Shown here in pieces: positions 42,671 to 53,072 of a DNA stretch of 64,000 nt. Numbering within the stretch: position 1 is the first letter of the stretch; every line of letters starts with the position of its first letter. Below the pieces are notes generated by a model, which saw nothing but the letters and a program-made list of their open reading frames with translations, made no database searches and had not been told where the DNA came from. The stretch comes from an uncultured delta proteobacterium (GTDB taxonomy: Bacteria > Desulfobacterota > RBG-13-43-22): the NCBI GenBank assembly GCA_963790475.1, contig CAWBOS010000012.1:352001-416000 (forward strand), in the 5' to 3' direction. The position numbers and the translations under genes were made by a program.

Positions 42671-43053
42671 GATCGGCTATGATCATCGAAATCGGAGACG
42701 TCCCCTTGGCGAAATAGGCATGGCCAGCGCATTCCCTTCAGTTGGCTTAAGGGTCGGCGAGCGGACTGACCAAAAATAGAAGTTTATTTTTGAATGAAGC
42801 TCCCCGCACCAAGGTATGGGGAGTTCGATAAACAAGTTTGACTGATCCCTAAAGGGTCATTCAAAAGCCATCTTCGTCATTGCGGGTTTGATTAAGCCTA
42901 CCTTCAATCCGATCCGGGTTTGACCACGTTGACGGCGGAAGCGATTTTTTGGAGATTACCCAGTTTTATTCTAACCCTAACATACCACTTAAAGGCTTAC
43001 CTATTTCTCAGGGGAGGGGTAAGCCCTTTTAGGCTTGATTTTCCCCCTTTCCA

Positions 43054-43113
43054 TTGACAATTGTTTTCTATATCCATTATGATCCTTCTAGAAAAAATAC
43101 GATTTAATATCGT
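43054..43113 (+). promoter_or_regulatory. Promoter and palindrome upstream of tetR
   Basis: TTGACA-18bp-TATGAT; ACGAT-TTAAT-ATCGT at 43099-43113. Confidence 0.55.
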
Positions 43114-43147
43114 CCCACCATAACAATGGAAGGGAGTCGATTGAATC

Positions 43148-43783
43148 ATGATTCAAAAAAGCAAACCCCAAAGGGAGAGGATGTTGGCCGTTGCCGGGGA
43201 CCTGTTTTGGAAGAAGGGCTACGAAGGCACGACGATGCGGGACATCGCCAAGGCCTGCAGATGCAAGCCCCCCAATATTTATAATTTCTTCCTCAACAAA
43301 GAAACCATCCTTTATGAGATACTCCGGTCACAGTTGGAAAGCCTGATTTCCAGTGTCAGCCATCTGGAAAAGGATGAGACTACACCGCCGGTGGAACAGT
43401 TACGCCTCTTTATAACCGGCCACGCCGATTACATCTTCAGGGTGATCAAAACTTCCAAGTTAGTATTCGATGTTGAATTGGATAGCCTGTCCCCGGCCAA
43501 CCGGAAACGCATTATCAAAATGCGTGATGCCTATGAACATATTCTCAACAAGATTATTCGCCGGGGAATAGAATCAGGTGATTTTGCCCCGATAGACGAG
43601 AAGCTGGCGGCCTACAGCATCATCTCCATGATCATGCGGTCCATAATCTGGTTTTCCCCTGAGGGAAGATTGACCGTCCCCCAGTTGATCGATTTTATGG
43701 TTGATTTTTCCTTGAACGGATTGAGTGGAAAAAGGGACCTGGGCAGGGGGGCGGTTCGTTCCCGATCATCTGTGGTAAAATGA
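43148..43783 (+). CDS. TetR/AcrR-family regulator
   Basis: LFWKKGYEGTTMRDIA...IYNFF.NKE. Confidence 0.92.
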   Translation: MIQKSKPQRERMLAVAGDLFWKKGYEGTTMRDIAKACRCKPPNIYNFFLNKETILYEILRSQLESLISSVSHLEKDETTPPVEQLRLFITGHADYIFRVIKTSKLVFDVELDSLSPANRKRIIKMRDAYEHILNKIIRRGIESGDFAPIDEKLAAYSIISMIMRSIIWFSPEGRLTVPQLIDFMVDFSLNGLSGKRDLGRGAVRSRSSVVK

Positions 43784-43885
43784 CCGAAATCAAGTCAGCC
43801 CCTGTCCAACTTTTTGCCAAGCCGGACAGGGGAGTTACTGAGTAGATCAATCGGTGAGCTCAGGGACGGATTCAATAAACAATTG

Positions 43886-44857
43886 TTAACCCTTTTCTTT
43901 GGTCAGCCCTGACCAAAGGACGAAGTCCAATCCTTCGCCTCTTGCCGTCCCAGCCAATTTCTCCATGGTTTCCTCCGGAATCAGGCTCTCATTTTCCAGA
44001 TTCCAGTTGAGCCCTAATCTTTGATATTTTGAAGTGCAGGTATTATTAAATGCCAGAAGATCGTATCGTTCAACGGTAGGAAGGTTTTCCCTTATGAACC
44101 GAGCCGTCTGTCTGATATTTTCCACCGAGTCATTGACCCCCGGGATAATGGGCGTACGTACCCAAATGGGCTTGCCTGTTTTCGATATCCTGCGGGCGTT
44201 TTCCAACACCAAATTTAAAGAGATGCCGGTAAGTTTTCGGTGATTGGCGGTGTTCATTATTTTGAGATCGTAGAGGACCAGGTCGGCCAGGTTCACCAGC
44301 CTTTGCAAGGTCGGCCACTTTGTTCCCCCGCAGGTGTCCAGGGCCAGGTGTATTCTTTCCTTCCTCAATCTCTCCATCAGGGCCACGGAAAAATCGGCCT
44401 GCAAGGAGGCTTCGCCGCCGGACAAGGTTACCCCGCCGCCTGATTTTTCATAAAACACCCGGTCCTGCAAAGCCCTGGCAGCCAGTTCATCGACCGTATA
44501 CTGTTTCCCGATCACCTCCAAGGCGCAGGCTGGGCATACCGTTTCACATTTTCCACAGGCATCGCAAAGGCTCCGATCGATGATCAGCCCTTCAGTAGTC
44601 AAATTCAGGGCCTCATTGGGGCAGACCTTCAGACATTCCTTGGCTCCCAGGCAACGCATTTCATACCAGATCAGTTCCGGAGAAGGTTTTATCCCTTCGG
44701 GATTATGGCACCAGGGACAGTGCATGGGGCAGCCTTTCATGAATAAGGAGGTGCGTATCCCCGGCCCGTCCTCGGTGGAATGAAGCTGGATGTTAAAGAT
44801 GAGGCCCTTCGGGCCGGTTTCCCCGTTTGTTATGGGATTGACAATCGAGTGAGACAT
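43886..44857 (-). CDS. Glycyl-radical enzyme activating protein (radical SAM with ferredoxin insert)
   Basis: DGPGIRT..FMKGCPMHCPWCHNPE, two ferredoxin-like Cys motifs, GGVTLSGGE. Confidence 0.95.
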   Translation of the reverse strand: MSHSIVNPITNGETGPKGLIFNIQLHSTEDGPGIRTSLFMKGCPMHCPWCHNPEGIKPSPELIWYEMRCLGAKECLKVCPNEALNLTTEGLIIDRSLCDACGKCETVCPACALEVIGKQYTVDELAARALQDRVFYEKSGGGVTLSGGEASLQADFSVALMERLRKERIHLALDTCGGTKWPTLQRLVNLADLVLYDLKIMNTANHRKLTGISLNLVLENARRISKTGKPIWVRTPIIPGVNDSVENIRQTARFIRENLPTVERYDLLAFNNTCTSKYQRLGLNWNLENESLIPEETMEKLAGTARGEGLDFVLWSGLTKEKG

Positions 44858-44871
44858 AGTGGTCAGATTGG

Positions 44872-44939
44872 CGAGTTACGGGTTACGGGTTTAAAAGGTG
44901 GGCCCTTTTTCTATTCACCCGCAACCCGGAACCCGCAAC
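44872..44939. repeat. Heptamer tandem/inverted repeat (CGGGTTA / AACCCGC)
   Basis: gagttacgggttacgggtt ... acccgcaacccggaacccgcaac. Confidence 0.6.
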
Positions 44940-44953
44940 ATGCAAAGGATTAG

Positions 44954-47401
44954 TTAAATATCAAATTCCGTCCGGGCGATAATATCGTCCTGAAGGCCCT
45001 TGGACAGGTCCACAAAGCGATAGGAATATCCTGAAACCTTGACCATCAAATCAGGATAATTCCCCGGATTTTTTTGCGCGTCTAACAGGGTTTCCCGGCC
45101 CATGGGATTAAACTGGACCTGCCTGCCCCCCATTTCAAAATAACCTTCAATCAGGGCAGCAAATTTTTCTAAATTCTCTTCCGATTTTAGGGTCAGAGGA
45201 TTCAGGTTCATGTTCAAGGCTGTGCCACCGGATAATTTCGCCTGGCAGGCCTGCGCGGCCGAATGGAACACGGCAGTCATTCCATTGATATCCGTGCCGT
45301 TTGTGGGAGACATGCCATTGGATACAGCATCTCGGGCCAATCGACCGTCCGGCGTAGCGCCGAGGGCGTGGCCGGCCAAAACCTGTCCGCCGGCTGAAAT
45401 CATGAGCCCCCTGTAGGTACCGCCGTCCATAGGGCGTTTGTGTTTCCGGGATTCCTTGTCCAATAAATCTGTGACCCACAGGGCAATGGCGTCGGCCTTC
45501 GGATCGTTGGTACCGTACTTGGGCGCTTTGCGGAGCAATTGCTGTCTCAATTCTTCAGCACCTTTGAAATTATTGCGCAGATGTCTGACCAATTCCGCCA
45601 AGGTCACCAAATTTTCATCAAAAACAGCCCATTGGATCGCGGCCAGAGAATTGACCACCGTGGCCAGACCGTGGGCTGACACGGTACTATGATTGTATTT
45701 GGCCCCTCCCTGGGTAATGTCTCGGCCCGACTCGATGCAACCCTCGATGGTGGAGGATATAAGCGGCGTGGGGAAACCTTTGGCGAAGACCTCGTCCTTC
45801 ACGTCGCTGATCTTGACCATCATGGATACGGAATTGGACAACTGGGCGGCAAAGGCTTTTTTCACATCCTCAAATGACTTCATTTCAGAGACGGTCGGGG
45901 TCTTGACGCCGACCTCTTCCCACTTAGCCGCATACAGGCGGCCTTCGTTCAAGGTCGACTCAATGACCCGTTCGAAATGGCAAGAACTACCTGAACAATA
46001 ACCGTTACTGTTTCCCGTGCCGGCCAGTTCGGCGCAGCCAATGATGCTGTAATCCCTGGCGTCTTCGAGTGCGTAGCCATCCGCCATCAAGTCCTGGGTG
46101 GCCACCGTGTCGTTGTAAAAGGCGATGCCGGCTGTCCGCCTATGAACTTCGCAGGCCTTTAGCAGGAATTCCCGGGGCGTAACAGGGGCAATCCGGACGG
46201 CCAAACCGTTACGCAGGCCCTTCAAACGTCTTAAGCTTTCCAGCATCAGGTAGGAGACGTCGTTGACGGCATTTTTTCCGTTTCGATCCATCCCCCCGAT
46301 AGTGACGTTATTGGGACCGAACCCGTTGTAATGCGATAGCTTAATAAAATATTCTTCGACGATCTCCAGGCCTTCGTCTGGAGTGATCCGCCCGGCTTCC
46401 AAGTCTGCCTTGAAATAGGAGCAAAGGAACTGATCCATACGGCCGGGACAAAATATGGAGTCCTCGCCGTAGCTGATGGTCATCAGGACCTGGGTCATCC
46501 AGACGGATTGGACGGCCTCGATAAAAGTGCGGGGAGGCTCCGCCGGCACGCGGCGGCAGCGATCGGCGATGGCCAGCAGTTCCATTTTCCTGGCCCCTTC
46601 CGACTTTCGGGCCATCTCTTCCGCCAGGTCGGCATAGCGTTCGGTGTGCTCGCACACCGCATTGGCCGCCTCTTGGACCGATTCCAGGAAGTCCTGGCGC
46701 TGTTCGTAGTCTTGGTCTCCCTCTTTGAGCAGTCTTAGTTGTACGGCCGCCTGATCGGCAATGCCTTTGAAGCCCATCTCGAGAACTTTCTTCATACCGA
46801 TGGTGACATGCCCCTGCATATCAGCAACACCGGCAACGCTGGGTGTTGGCTGTTCCTTGGAAATTAAGCCTTCTTTCAGCCATTGGGCATGCATGAGACT
46901 CGACATGTTTTTGCCCAGCCAGTAAGGGTTGATTTCCTCCTTCATTTCCCTAATTTCGTCATCCGGCATGGTGAGCAGTTCTTTCAGCCACTCCGGGTTG
47001 CCGCCGTGACCGTTCTCCAACCAGCCGATGGAATTGACGTCCTGGCCGTGAAAAGGCATGGCAATCATGTTTACACGGTCCATATAGGTTCTTTCAATTC
47101 CCATGGGGCCGGCGATATTCTTACTCGCCTTTGCCCCGACCAGCCTCGCCTCATCATCAATCCTGATGGACATATAGCGAAGTGTTTCCGTAAGCCCCAG
47201 AGCTGCGCGCTTGCAGGGCGGACCACCTTCCGTACGCTTATAAGCCCTGGTATAATATCTGGCCCGCTCAATATCCCCTTCATAGGGACTGGCCAGTAAA
47301 GTCTCTCTCATCCGGCCGATCCTTTCGGAATATAATAAATCCTGGTCAGACGTTTCAAATACCTCTCGATTTATTTCTCTGGCTGCGGTTGTTGCTTCCA
47401 T
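44954..47401 (-). CDS. Glycyl-radical enzyme of unassigned class (copy 2)
   Basis: GRMDQ, Cys loop IIGCAEL, KYGTND, Gly loop LMVKVSGYS. Confidence 0.92.
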   Translation of the reverse strand: MEATTAAREINREVFETSDQDLLYSERIGRMRETLLASPYEGDIERARYYTRAYKRTEGGPPCKRAALGLTETLRYMSIRIDDEARLVGAKASKNIAGPMGIERTYMDRVNMIAMPFHGQDVNSIGWLENGHGGNPEWLKELLTMPDDEIREMKEEINPYWLGKNMSSLMHAQWLKEGLISKEQPTPSVAGVADMQGHVTIGMKKVLEMGFKGIADQAAVQLRLLKEGDQDYEQRQDFLESVQEAANAVCEHTERYADLAEEMARKSEGARKMELLAIADRCRRVPAEPPRTFIEAVQSVWMTQVLMTISYGEDSIFCPGRMDQFLCSYFKADLEAGRITPDEGLEIVEEYFIKLSHYNGFGPNNVTIGGMDRNGKNAVNDVSYLMLESLRRLKGLRNGLAVRIAPVTPREFLLKACEVHRRTAGIAFYNDTVATQDLMADGYALEDARDYSIIGCAELAGTGNSNGYCSGSSCHFERVIESTLNEGRLYAAKWEEVGVKTPTVSEMKSFEDVKKAFAAQLSNSVSMMVKISDVKDEVFAKGFPTPLISSTIEGCIESGRDITQGGAKYNHSTVSAHGLATVVNSLAAIQWAVFDENLVTLAELVRHLRNNFKGAEELRQQLLRKAPKYGTNDPKADAIALWVTDLLDKESRKHKRPMDGGTYRGLMISAGGQVLAGHALGATPDGRLARDAVSNGMSPTNGTDINGMTAVFHSAAQACQAKLSGGTALNMNLNPLTLKSEENLEKFAALIEGYFEMGGRQVQFNPMGRETLLDAQKNPGNYPDLMVKVSGYSYRFVDLSKGLQDDIIARTEFDI

Positions 47402-47568
47402 TTTTTTCTCCTTATGATAAAAGAATTTTTCCTCTCCCTCATTCTTAGAAAACACTATTTGTCATGAGAACTAGGTTGGCTTAATATATTTGAATTATTT
47501 CTTTTTCAGGTCCCGTTTTTTTCTCCGAACTCCGAACTCCGAACTTTTAACTCTTTACTTATTTCCCT

Positions 47569-50007
47569 TTACACCTCAAACTCCGTCCGTTCGATGATAT
47601 CGTTTTGAAGGGCCTTTGACAGATCAACAAACCGAAAGGAATAGCCCGAAACCTTGACCATCAGGTCAGGGTAGTTTTTCGGATTTTTCTGGGCATCCTT
47701 CAGGGTCTCTCGGCTCATGGGGTTGAATTGCACCTGCCGGCCGCCCAGGTCGAAATAACCTTCGATCAGCGAAACGAATTTGTCCAGACCCTCATCGGTC
47801 CTTATGGTCAGGGGGTTGAGATTCATATTGAAACCACAGCCATTGGACATGTTGGGAAAGCAGACCTGGGCGACAGAACGCATGGCGGCGGTCATGCCGT
47901 TTCGCTCGGTGCCGTTTGCCGGGGATATACCGTTGGAAACCGGCTGTCTGGCTAATCTCCCATCGGGAGTGGCCCAGCAATCACGGCCTTCGAAAAGCTG
48001 GGTTCCCGAGGCTACCAGTAGGGTGCGGTATACCCCGCCCTGCAGACGTTGATGTTTTCTGGCCTCCCGGCTGTAAAGGTCCGTTACCCAAAGGGCCAGT
48101 TCATCCACTTTGGGGTCGGCGTTACCGTATTTCGGGGCTTTGTGGATGAGCTGCTGCCTAAGGAGATCGGCCCCCTCGAAATTTTTACGCAAGTGTTTAA
48201 CCAGCTCTTCCAGGGTTATCAGTTTTTCCTCGAAAACGGCCCAGCGGATGGCCGCTAGGGAATTGGCGACAGTAGCTATGCCTCTGGCCGAGACGGAACC
48301 GTGGTTGTAAAAAGCACCGCCCCGGGTGATGTCCTGCCCGGATTCGAGGCATCCTTCAATAGTCGATGACAACAGGGGGGCGGGGAAGGAATCGGCGAAA
48401 AGCTGATCCTTGATCGTTGTTTTTTGGGCCATCAGGCCCATACTGTAGGAGAGCTGATCGGCAAAGGCCTTCTTGACTTCTTCAAAGCTCTTGAATTCAC
48501 CGGCCGGTGGGGTCTTGATCCCCAGTTGTTGCCAATTATAGGAGAAGGCCCGGCCCTCGTTCAGGGCCATCTCCAGGACGACTGAAAGGCGGACCCCGCT
48601 GCCGGCCGTATATCCGCTATTGTTTCCGGTGCCGGTGGGTTCCACACACCCGACAATCGAGTAATCCCGGGCATCTTCCAAGGCATAACCGTCTTTGAGC
48701 AAGTCCCTGATGACCACCGCATCATTGTAAAAGGCGACGCCGGCGGTATAGCGATGGGTCTCAGAGGCCTTGACCAGAAAATCACGGGGCGTTTTTTCTG
48801 AAATCCTTACGGCCAGGCCGTTGCGAAGTCCTTTCAGTCGCTGGTGGGCGTCGAGCATCAAATAAGAAAGTTCGTTGACCGCGTTGTCTCCATTCCGGTT
48901 AAGACCGCCGATAGTCACGTTATTAGGACCAAAGGAGATAAAGGTGGACAGTTTGATATAATATTCCTCGACGGCTTCCAGGCTATCTTCATAGGTAATC
49001 AGCGCGCTTTCCCGGTCTTTTTGGTAGTAGGGGTACAAAAATTGATCGACCCGGCCGGGACAGATGATCGAATCTTCACCGTAGCTCAATACCAGCAAGG
49101 CCTGGGTCATCCAGATGGACTGAAGGGCTTCCAGAAATGTACGTGGGGGTTCTGCCGGCACCCGCCAACAGCGAGAAGCAATCTGAAACAGTTCCCTTTT
49201 CCTTTGTCCATCCGCCTTTTGGGCCATCTCTTCAGCCAGGGAGGCATAGCGTTCGGCGTGCTTACACACGGCTGACGCTGTGACCTGAACGGATTCCAGA
49301 AAATCTTTGCGGAGGAAAAACTGGTCATCGTTGGGGTTAAGCTTAGTCAGTTGCCGCGCGGCCTGGGCGGCGATGCCCTTGAAACCCATAGTCAGCACTT
49401 TTCCAAGGCCGGCGGTTACATGCCCTTGCATATCGGCAATCTCGACCGGCGACGCAGACGGCTCATCTTTTTTATATAACCCCGCCTGTTTCCAGCCTAT
49501 GATCATCCTGCTTCTGATATCCTTGCCTTCCCAGTAGGGCAGGATTTCTTTGGTCAGCTCTTTGTGCATTTCTTCCGGCATATTAAGGAGAGACTTTAAA
49601 AATTCAGGACTTTGGCTTCCGGCCTTGTCCAAAAATCCAATATCATCGACGTCCTTGCCGTGAAAATTGGTGCCTATCAGAGTGACCATGCTTTTTGAGG
49701 ATCTTTCGATGCCGATGGGGCCGGCCACCTTCTTGAAGGTTTTTGCGCCCACCAGCCTTTCGTCGTCCTCGATCTTGATGGACATATGACGCAGGGTCTC
49801 CTCCAGTCCTTTGGCCGCCCGCAAGCAGGGAGGATCATTCTCTGTTTGCTTATAGCTCCTGGTATAATACCGGGCCCGCTCGATATCCGCCTCATAAGGG
49901 CTGGACAGCAGGTTTTCCCTTAAGCGGCCAATCCGCTCTGAATAAGGAACACCCCCAAGAACAGCCTTCCCTTCCGAAATTCCGGACCTATTGATTTGAG
50001 TCGTCAT
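47569..50007 (-). CDS. Glycyl-radical enzyme of unassigned class (copy 1)
   Basis: GRVDQ, Cys loop IVGCVEP, KYGNAD, ATPDGR, Gly loop LMVKVSGYS. Confidence 0.92.
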   Translation of the reverse strand: MTTQINRSGISEGKAVLGGVPYSERIGRLRENLLSSPYEADIERARYYTRSYKQTENDPPCLRAAKGLEETLRHMSIKIEDDERLVGAKTFKKVAGPIGIERSSKSMVTLIGTNFHGKDVDDIGFLDKAGSQSPEFLKSLLNMPEEMHKELTKEILPYWEGKDIRSRMIIGWKQAGLYKKDEPSASPVEIADMQGHVTAGLGKVLTMGFKGIAAQAARQLTKLNPNDDQFFLRKDFLESVQVTASAVCKHAERYASLAEEMAQKADGQRKRELFQIASRCWRVPAEPPRTFLEALQSIWMTQALLVLSYGEDSIICPGRVDQFLYPYYQKDRESALITYEDSLEAVEEYYIKLSTFISFGPNNVTIGGLNRNGDNAVNELSYLMLDAHQRLKGLRNGLAVRISEKTPRDFLVKASETHRYTAGVAFYNDAVVIRDLLKDGYALEDARDYSIVGCVEPTGTGNNSGYTAGSGVRLSVVLEMALNEGRAFSYNWQQLGIKTPPAGEFKSFEEVKKAFADQLSYSMGLMAQKTTIKDQLFADSFPAPLLSSTIEGCLESGQDITRGGAFYNHGSVSARGIATVANSLAAIRWAVFEEKLITLEELVKHLRKNFEGADLLRQQLIHKAPKYGNADPKVDELALWVTDLYSREARKHQRLQGGVYRTLLVASGTQLFEGRDCWATPDGRLARQPVSNGISPANGTERNGMTAAMRSVAQVCFPNMSNGCGFNMNLNPLTIRTDEGLDKFVSLIEGYFDLGGRQVQFNPMSRETLKDAQKNPKNYPDLMVKVSGYSFRFVDLSKALQNDIIERTEFEV

Positions 50008-50021
50008 AACTTGATACCCCT

Positions 50022-50252
50022 TCAGTTAACCATAAATTGTGGTCCATTTTTTATAAGTTTGGTCGCCTCCTTGATGATCCGGTCGACCAGGTCCTGGACC
50101 TTAGGCAGGCCTTCCACCCTCTGGCGCATTCTTAGCCAGCCATGAGGGCCTTTCCCCGGTTCCCCCGACCACGGCCTTGATGACCTCCCCTTCTTTGGCC
50201 ACCAGTTCCTCGGCACCGGGGGTGTTATATCCATCGGGTGTATCCAAATCAA
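50022..50252 (-). pseudogene. Probable C-terminal remnant of a nitronate monooxygenase/FabK-like flavoprotein
   Basis: QRVEGLPKVQDLVDRIIKEA resembles the family C-terminus; rest absent. Confidence 0.4.
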
Positions 50253-50278
50253 TCGAGAGGGAATGGGTTTTTGAATAT

Positions 50279-50328
50279 ATTACTTATGTAATAAGCTTAA
50301 ATTAAATAAATCGAATTGGTATGTCAAG
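50279..50328 (-). promoter_or_regulatory. Promoter and operator of the GRE operon
   Basis: TTGACA-17bp-TAATTT followed by ATTACATAAGTAAT. Confidence 0.7.
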
Positions 50329-50833
50329 TTAAAAAAACACTGCATCTTATATTAACTTAATAGTTTAAAGTGTGGCAAAAGAAGATCTAGAAAAAGAAAG
50401 GAGATCATTGGGCCTACCGTTTATGCCAGCCGGAAAACCTCCCGTCCCCTTTCAAAAAGATTTTTGACAACCTCCTATGAGAAGATTACCAAAAAAGACG
50501 ATTCGGGGATAACTTATCCCTTTCCTCTTGGTCAGGATATTTTGAAAATCCATCCTTCCATTGATTCTTTTGTATTTATTGGGGGAAGCGATTTATTTGT
50601 GTTACATTATTTCGGTCATCATCGTTTCAATAGTCCATAAAAGGGATCTTCAACAAAACCGCAAGGGATAGGGGCGGAATGAAACCCGGCTTGGTAAATT
50701 TTGGGATACAAGACTATGAAGACCTGAACAATGCCGTAGCTTTGTGAAATTTACAAGTTCCTCTTTACCATCTCTGGGATTTCTGTTAAAGGTTACAAAG
50801 GCGCATGGATGAATTCCAAGGAAATATTTAAAA

Positions 50834-51586
50834 ATGAAAAAAACGACCAGAACCGTTCAACAACCAGAGATTGAAAAAAAAACCTCGATGGTGGAAAAAA
50901 TTGTTTTAACCCTCAGGAAAGAAATAATCTCTGATGATTCATTGGCAGGCAGCTCGCTTTCTGAAAAGAAATTGTCCCTTCGTTTCGGTGCCTCCAACCA
51001 CACTATTCGCGGGGCATTGCAGACCTTGGCCAGAGAGGGATTAGTCGAGATCGCACATGGCCGCGCAACCAAAGTTAATGATTACAAAACTAATGTAGGC
51101 CTTGATGTGTTTCCGGATCTCCTTATCACCTGTCCGGAGATCATAACGCCGGATGTATTTTCCGTGTATTATCAATATATCCTCTGGTTCTATGACAAAA
51201 TCATTATTGCGGCTACCCGAAAAGCGAAGCCCTTCCACAAAAAGAAACTCATGAAAATTGTTTCGGCCTTTAAAGATGATATGACCGGTGAAGAATACTG
51301 GGAAAATCACACCCTTTTTTTTCGCGAGCTTCTAAAAATAGGTGATAATGTCTTGTTAATGATGTTTCACAACTCCCATGTCAGAATACGCCAAAGGCTC
51401 GGGGAGTTGGGGCTTATGAGGGAGCTGAATTTGCCTCCTACTTATCATAAAGAGACCCGTGAGCAACTGGTGGAAGCCATTTGTGGCAACCATGAAAAAC
51501 GGGCCTTGGAGGTTGCCAGGAACTATAGAGAATCGACGGAAAAATCCGTGGAAAGGACCTTTAAAAAAGCCAATGTCTTTTTATAA
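50834..51586 (+). CDS. GntR/FadR-family regulator
   Basis: GSSLSEKKLSLRFGASNHTIRGALQTLAREGLV wHTH; FCD-like C-terminus. Confidence 0.88.
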   Translation: MKKTTRTVQQPEIEKKTSMVEKIVLTLRKEIISDDSLAGSSLSEKKLSLRFGASNHTIRGALQTLAREGLVEIAHGRATKVNDYKTNVGLDVFPDLLITCPEIITPDVFSVYYQYILWFYDKIIIAATRKAKPFHKKKLMKIVSAFKDDMTGEEYWENHTLFFRELLKIGDNVLLMMFHNSHVRIRQRLGELGLMRELNLPPTYHKETREQLVEAICGNHEKRALEVARNYRESTEKSVERTFKKANVFL

Positions 51587-51691
51587 AGACGGATAAACTC
51601 CCCCGATTTCCTTTGTAACCCCCCTGTTACCTCCTGATATAAACCCCTTTCCTGGGGTATTTTTTCTCTGCGGCCCAAGGCAGTGTTTTCA

Positions 51692-51746
51692 CTTGACAGA
51701 CCAATTCGGATTCATATAATTTGGTTTAACTCATTACATAAGTAAT
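51692..51746 (+). promoter_or_regulatory. Promoter and operator of the Fe-S protein pair
   Basis: TTGACA-16bp-TATAAT followed by ATTACATAAGTAAT (51733-51746). Confidence 0.7.
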
Positions 51747-51880
51747 GATATTAGATTTAATACTTTTAATTCCCCGACGTGTGCTGCGGGGAATTTTCCC
51801 TTTGAAATCGTTGGCCAAGGTTCAGACCTCCGGGAAAACCCCTTGAATAGACCCTATCATGAAATAAGGAGAGAAGGACG

Positions 51881-53035
51881 ATGGATGAAAACATTCGTAA
51901 GGCCGAGGAAATGATCAAAAAAAAGATCGATCCCATTTATAAAGAAGTGTCCAGACGGGTCCAGGCCGGACTGGAGGACTCCAAATATTTTCCCTGGATC
52001 ATGGAAAGACTGATGAATGTGGACCAGGCCAGGTTGGTCCTGGCCCTGCCGGACCAGGAACGGGATAGTTCCCTGGTCCGATTGGAGGTCTCCCAAAAAT
52101 TTGCTGAGAAGCTGCATCTCGATAAAGAATCGGCGGACAGTTATGTCCGAGAACTATATGAAAAGGGACTTCTTTTTCCGACCAGTAAGGGACCGCAGCT
52201 TCCCCGCAGTATGGGACAATGGCTGGATACCCAGAATAATATTCACTATGACCAGGCCTTGGGAGATGAATATTATGCTCTGATCGGTTTATTCAGCGAT
52301 TTTGAACTGGGGCCTCCCCGGGAGGAGCGAATCGCCCAAAGAATTGCCGCCGGTTTGCGGGGCACCTCGGGGATCATTCCCCGCTGGAAGGCCATCAAGG
52401 ACATCCCCGGGGTTCTGCCGGGAGAAGACGTCCGGGAGCTGCTCAAGGTCCAGGAAGACTTTGCAGTGCTCCACTGCGCCTGCCGGAAAAGATATAAAAA
52501 CCGTGAGTGCGGAGTGCCGGAGGAAATGTGCCTGGTGGTCGGCAAGGCCGCGCTCTACAACATCGACCGGAGGGCCGGCCGGCGGATCAGCCGCGAAGAG
52601 GCCCTGGATCTGCTCAGCAATGTAACGGCCAAGTATCCGGTAGTTCATGTCGGAACTCGAACCAATGACCCGAAAAAATTCCGCGGGGTTATTTGTAACT
52701 GCCACTATGACTGTTGCGAAGTCCTGAGAACACCTTGCCTCATCGGCAGTAAATACCCAATTACCGAATATTATGCCAAAAGCCGTTATCGGGCCACCGT
52801 TGACCCGGCCAAATGCGTCGGCTGCCGGATCTGTGTGGATAAGAGATGCCAGTTCGGGGCGGCCCAGATGAAATTTTATCCCGAATACGGCCAGGAACGG
52901 GCCTTTGTTGACTATGAAAAATGCATGGGCTGCGGCTGCTGTGTGGAGACTTGCCCGAAAGGGGCCCATGGTATGAAGCTGGTTGAGCCCCCGGAATCCT
53001 TTGATGGCGATTCCCGGATGAATTTAGATACCTAA
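51881..53035 (+). CDS. Multi-[4Fe-4S] protein (CxCR, CNCxxDCC and C-terminal dicluster ferredoxin)
   Basis: HCACRK, ICNCHYDCC, CVGCRIC...C, CMGCGCCVETCP. Confidence 0.85.
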   Translation: MDENIRKAEEMIKKKIDPIYKEVSRRVQAGLEDSKYFPWIMERLMNVDQARLVLALPDQERDSSLVRLEVSQKFAEKLHLDKESADSYVRELYEKGLLFPTSKGPQLPRSMGQWLDTQNNIHYDQALGDEYYALIGLFSDFELGPPREERIAQRIAAGLRGTSGIIPRWKAIKDIPGVLPGEDVRELLKVQEDFAVLHCACRKRYKNRECGVPEEMCLVVGKAALYNIDRRAGRRISREEALDLLSNVTAKYPVVHVGTRTNDPKKFRGVICNCHYDCCEVLRTPCLIGSKYPITEYYAKSRYRATVDPAKCVGCRICVDKRCQFGAAQMKFYPEYGQERAFVDYEKCMGCGCCVETCPKGAHGMKLVEPPESFDGDSRMNLDT

Positions 53036-53072
53036 CACCCGGAAAACCCGGGAGTGATTTAGGAGGAATAAA

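Noticed and set aside
42798-42826. CTCCCCG...GGGGAG hairpin (similar one near 51770) as an ncRNA
   Set aside because: Too short and degenerate; probably a REP-like palindrome with no further support
44954-50007. Calling the GREs pflB, cutC or bssA
   Set aside because: No Cys-Cys pair, no small subunits or microcompartment genes, and an atypical Gly loop; a specific name is unsupported
50742-50756. TTGTGAAATTTACAA as a Rex operator
   Set aside because: Half-site spacing is 3 bp shorter than the 18-bp consensus
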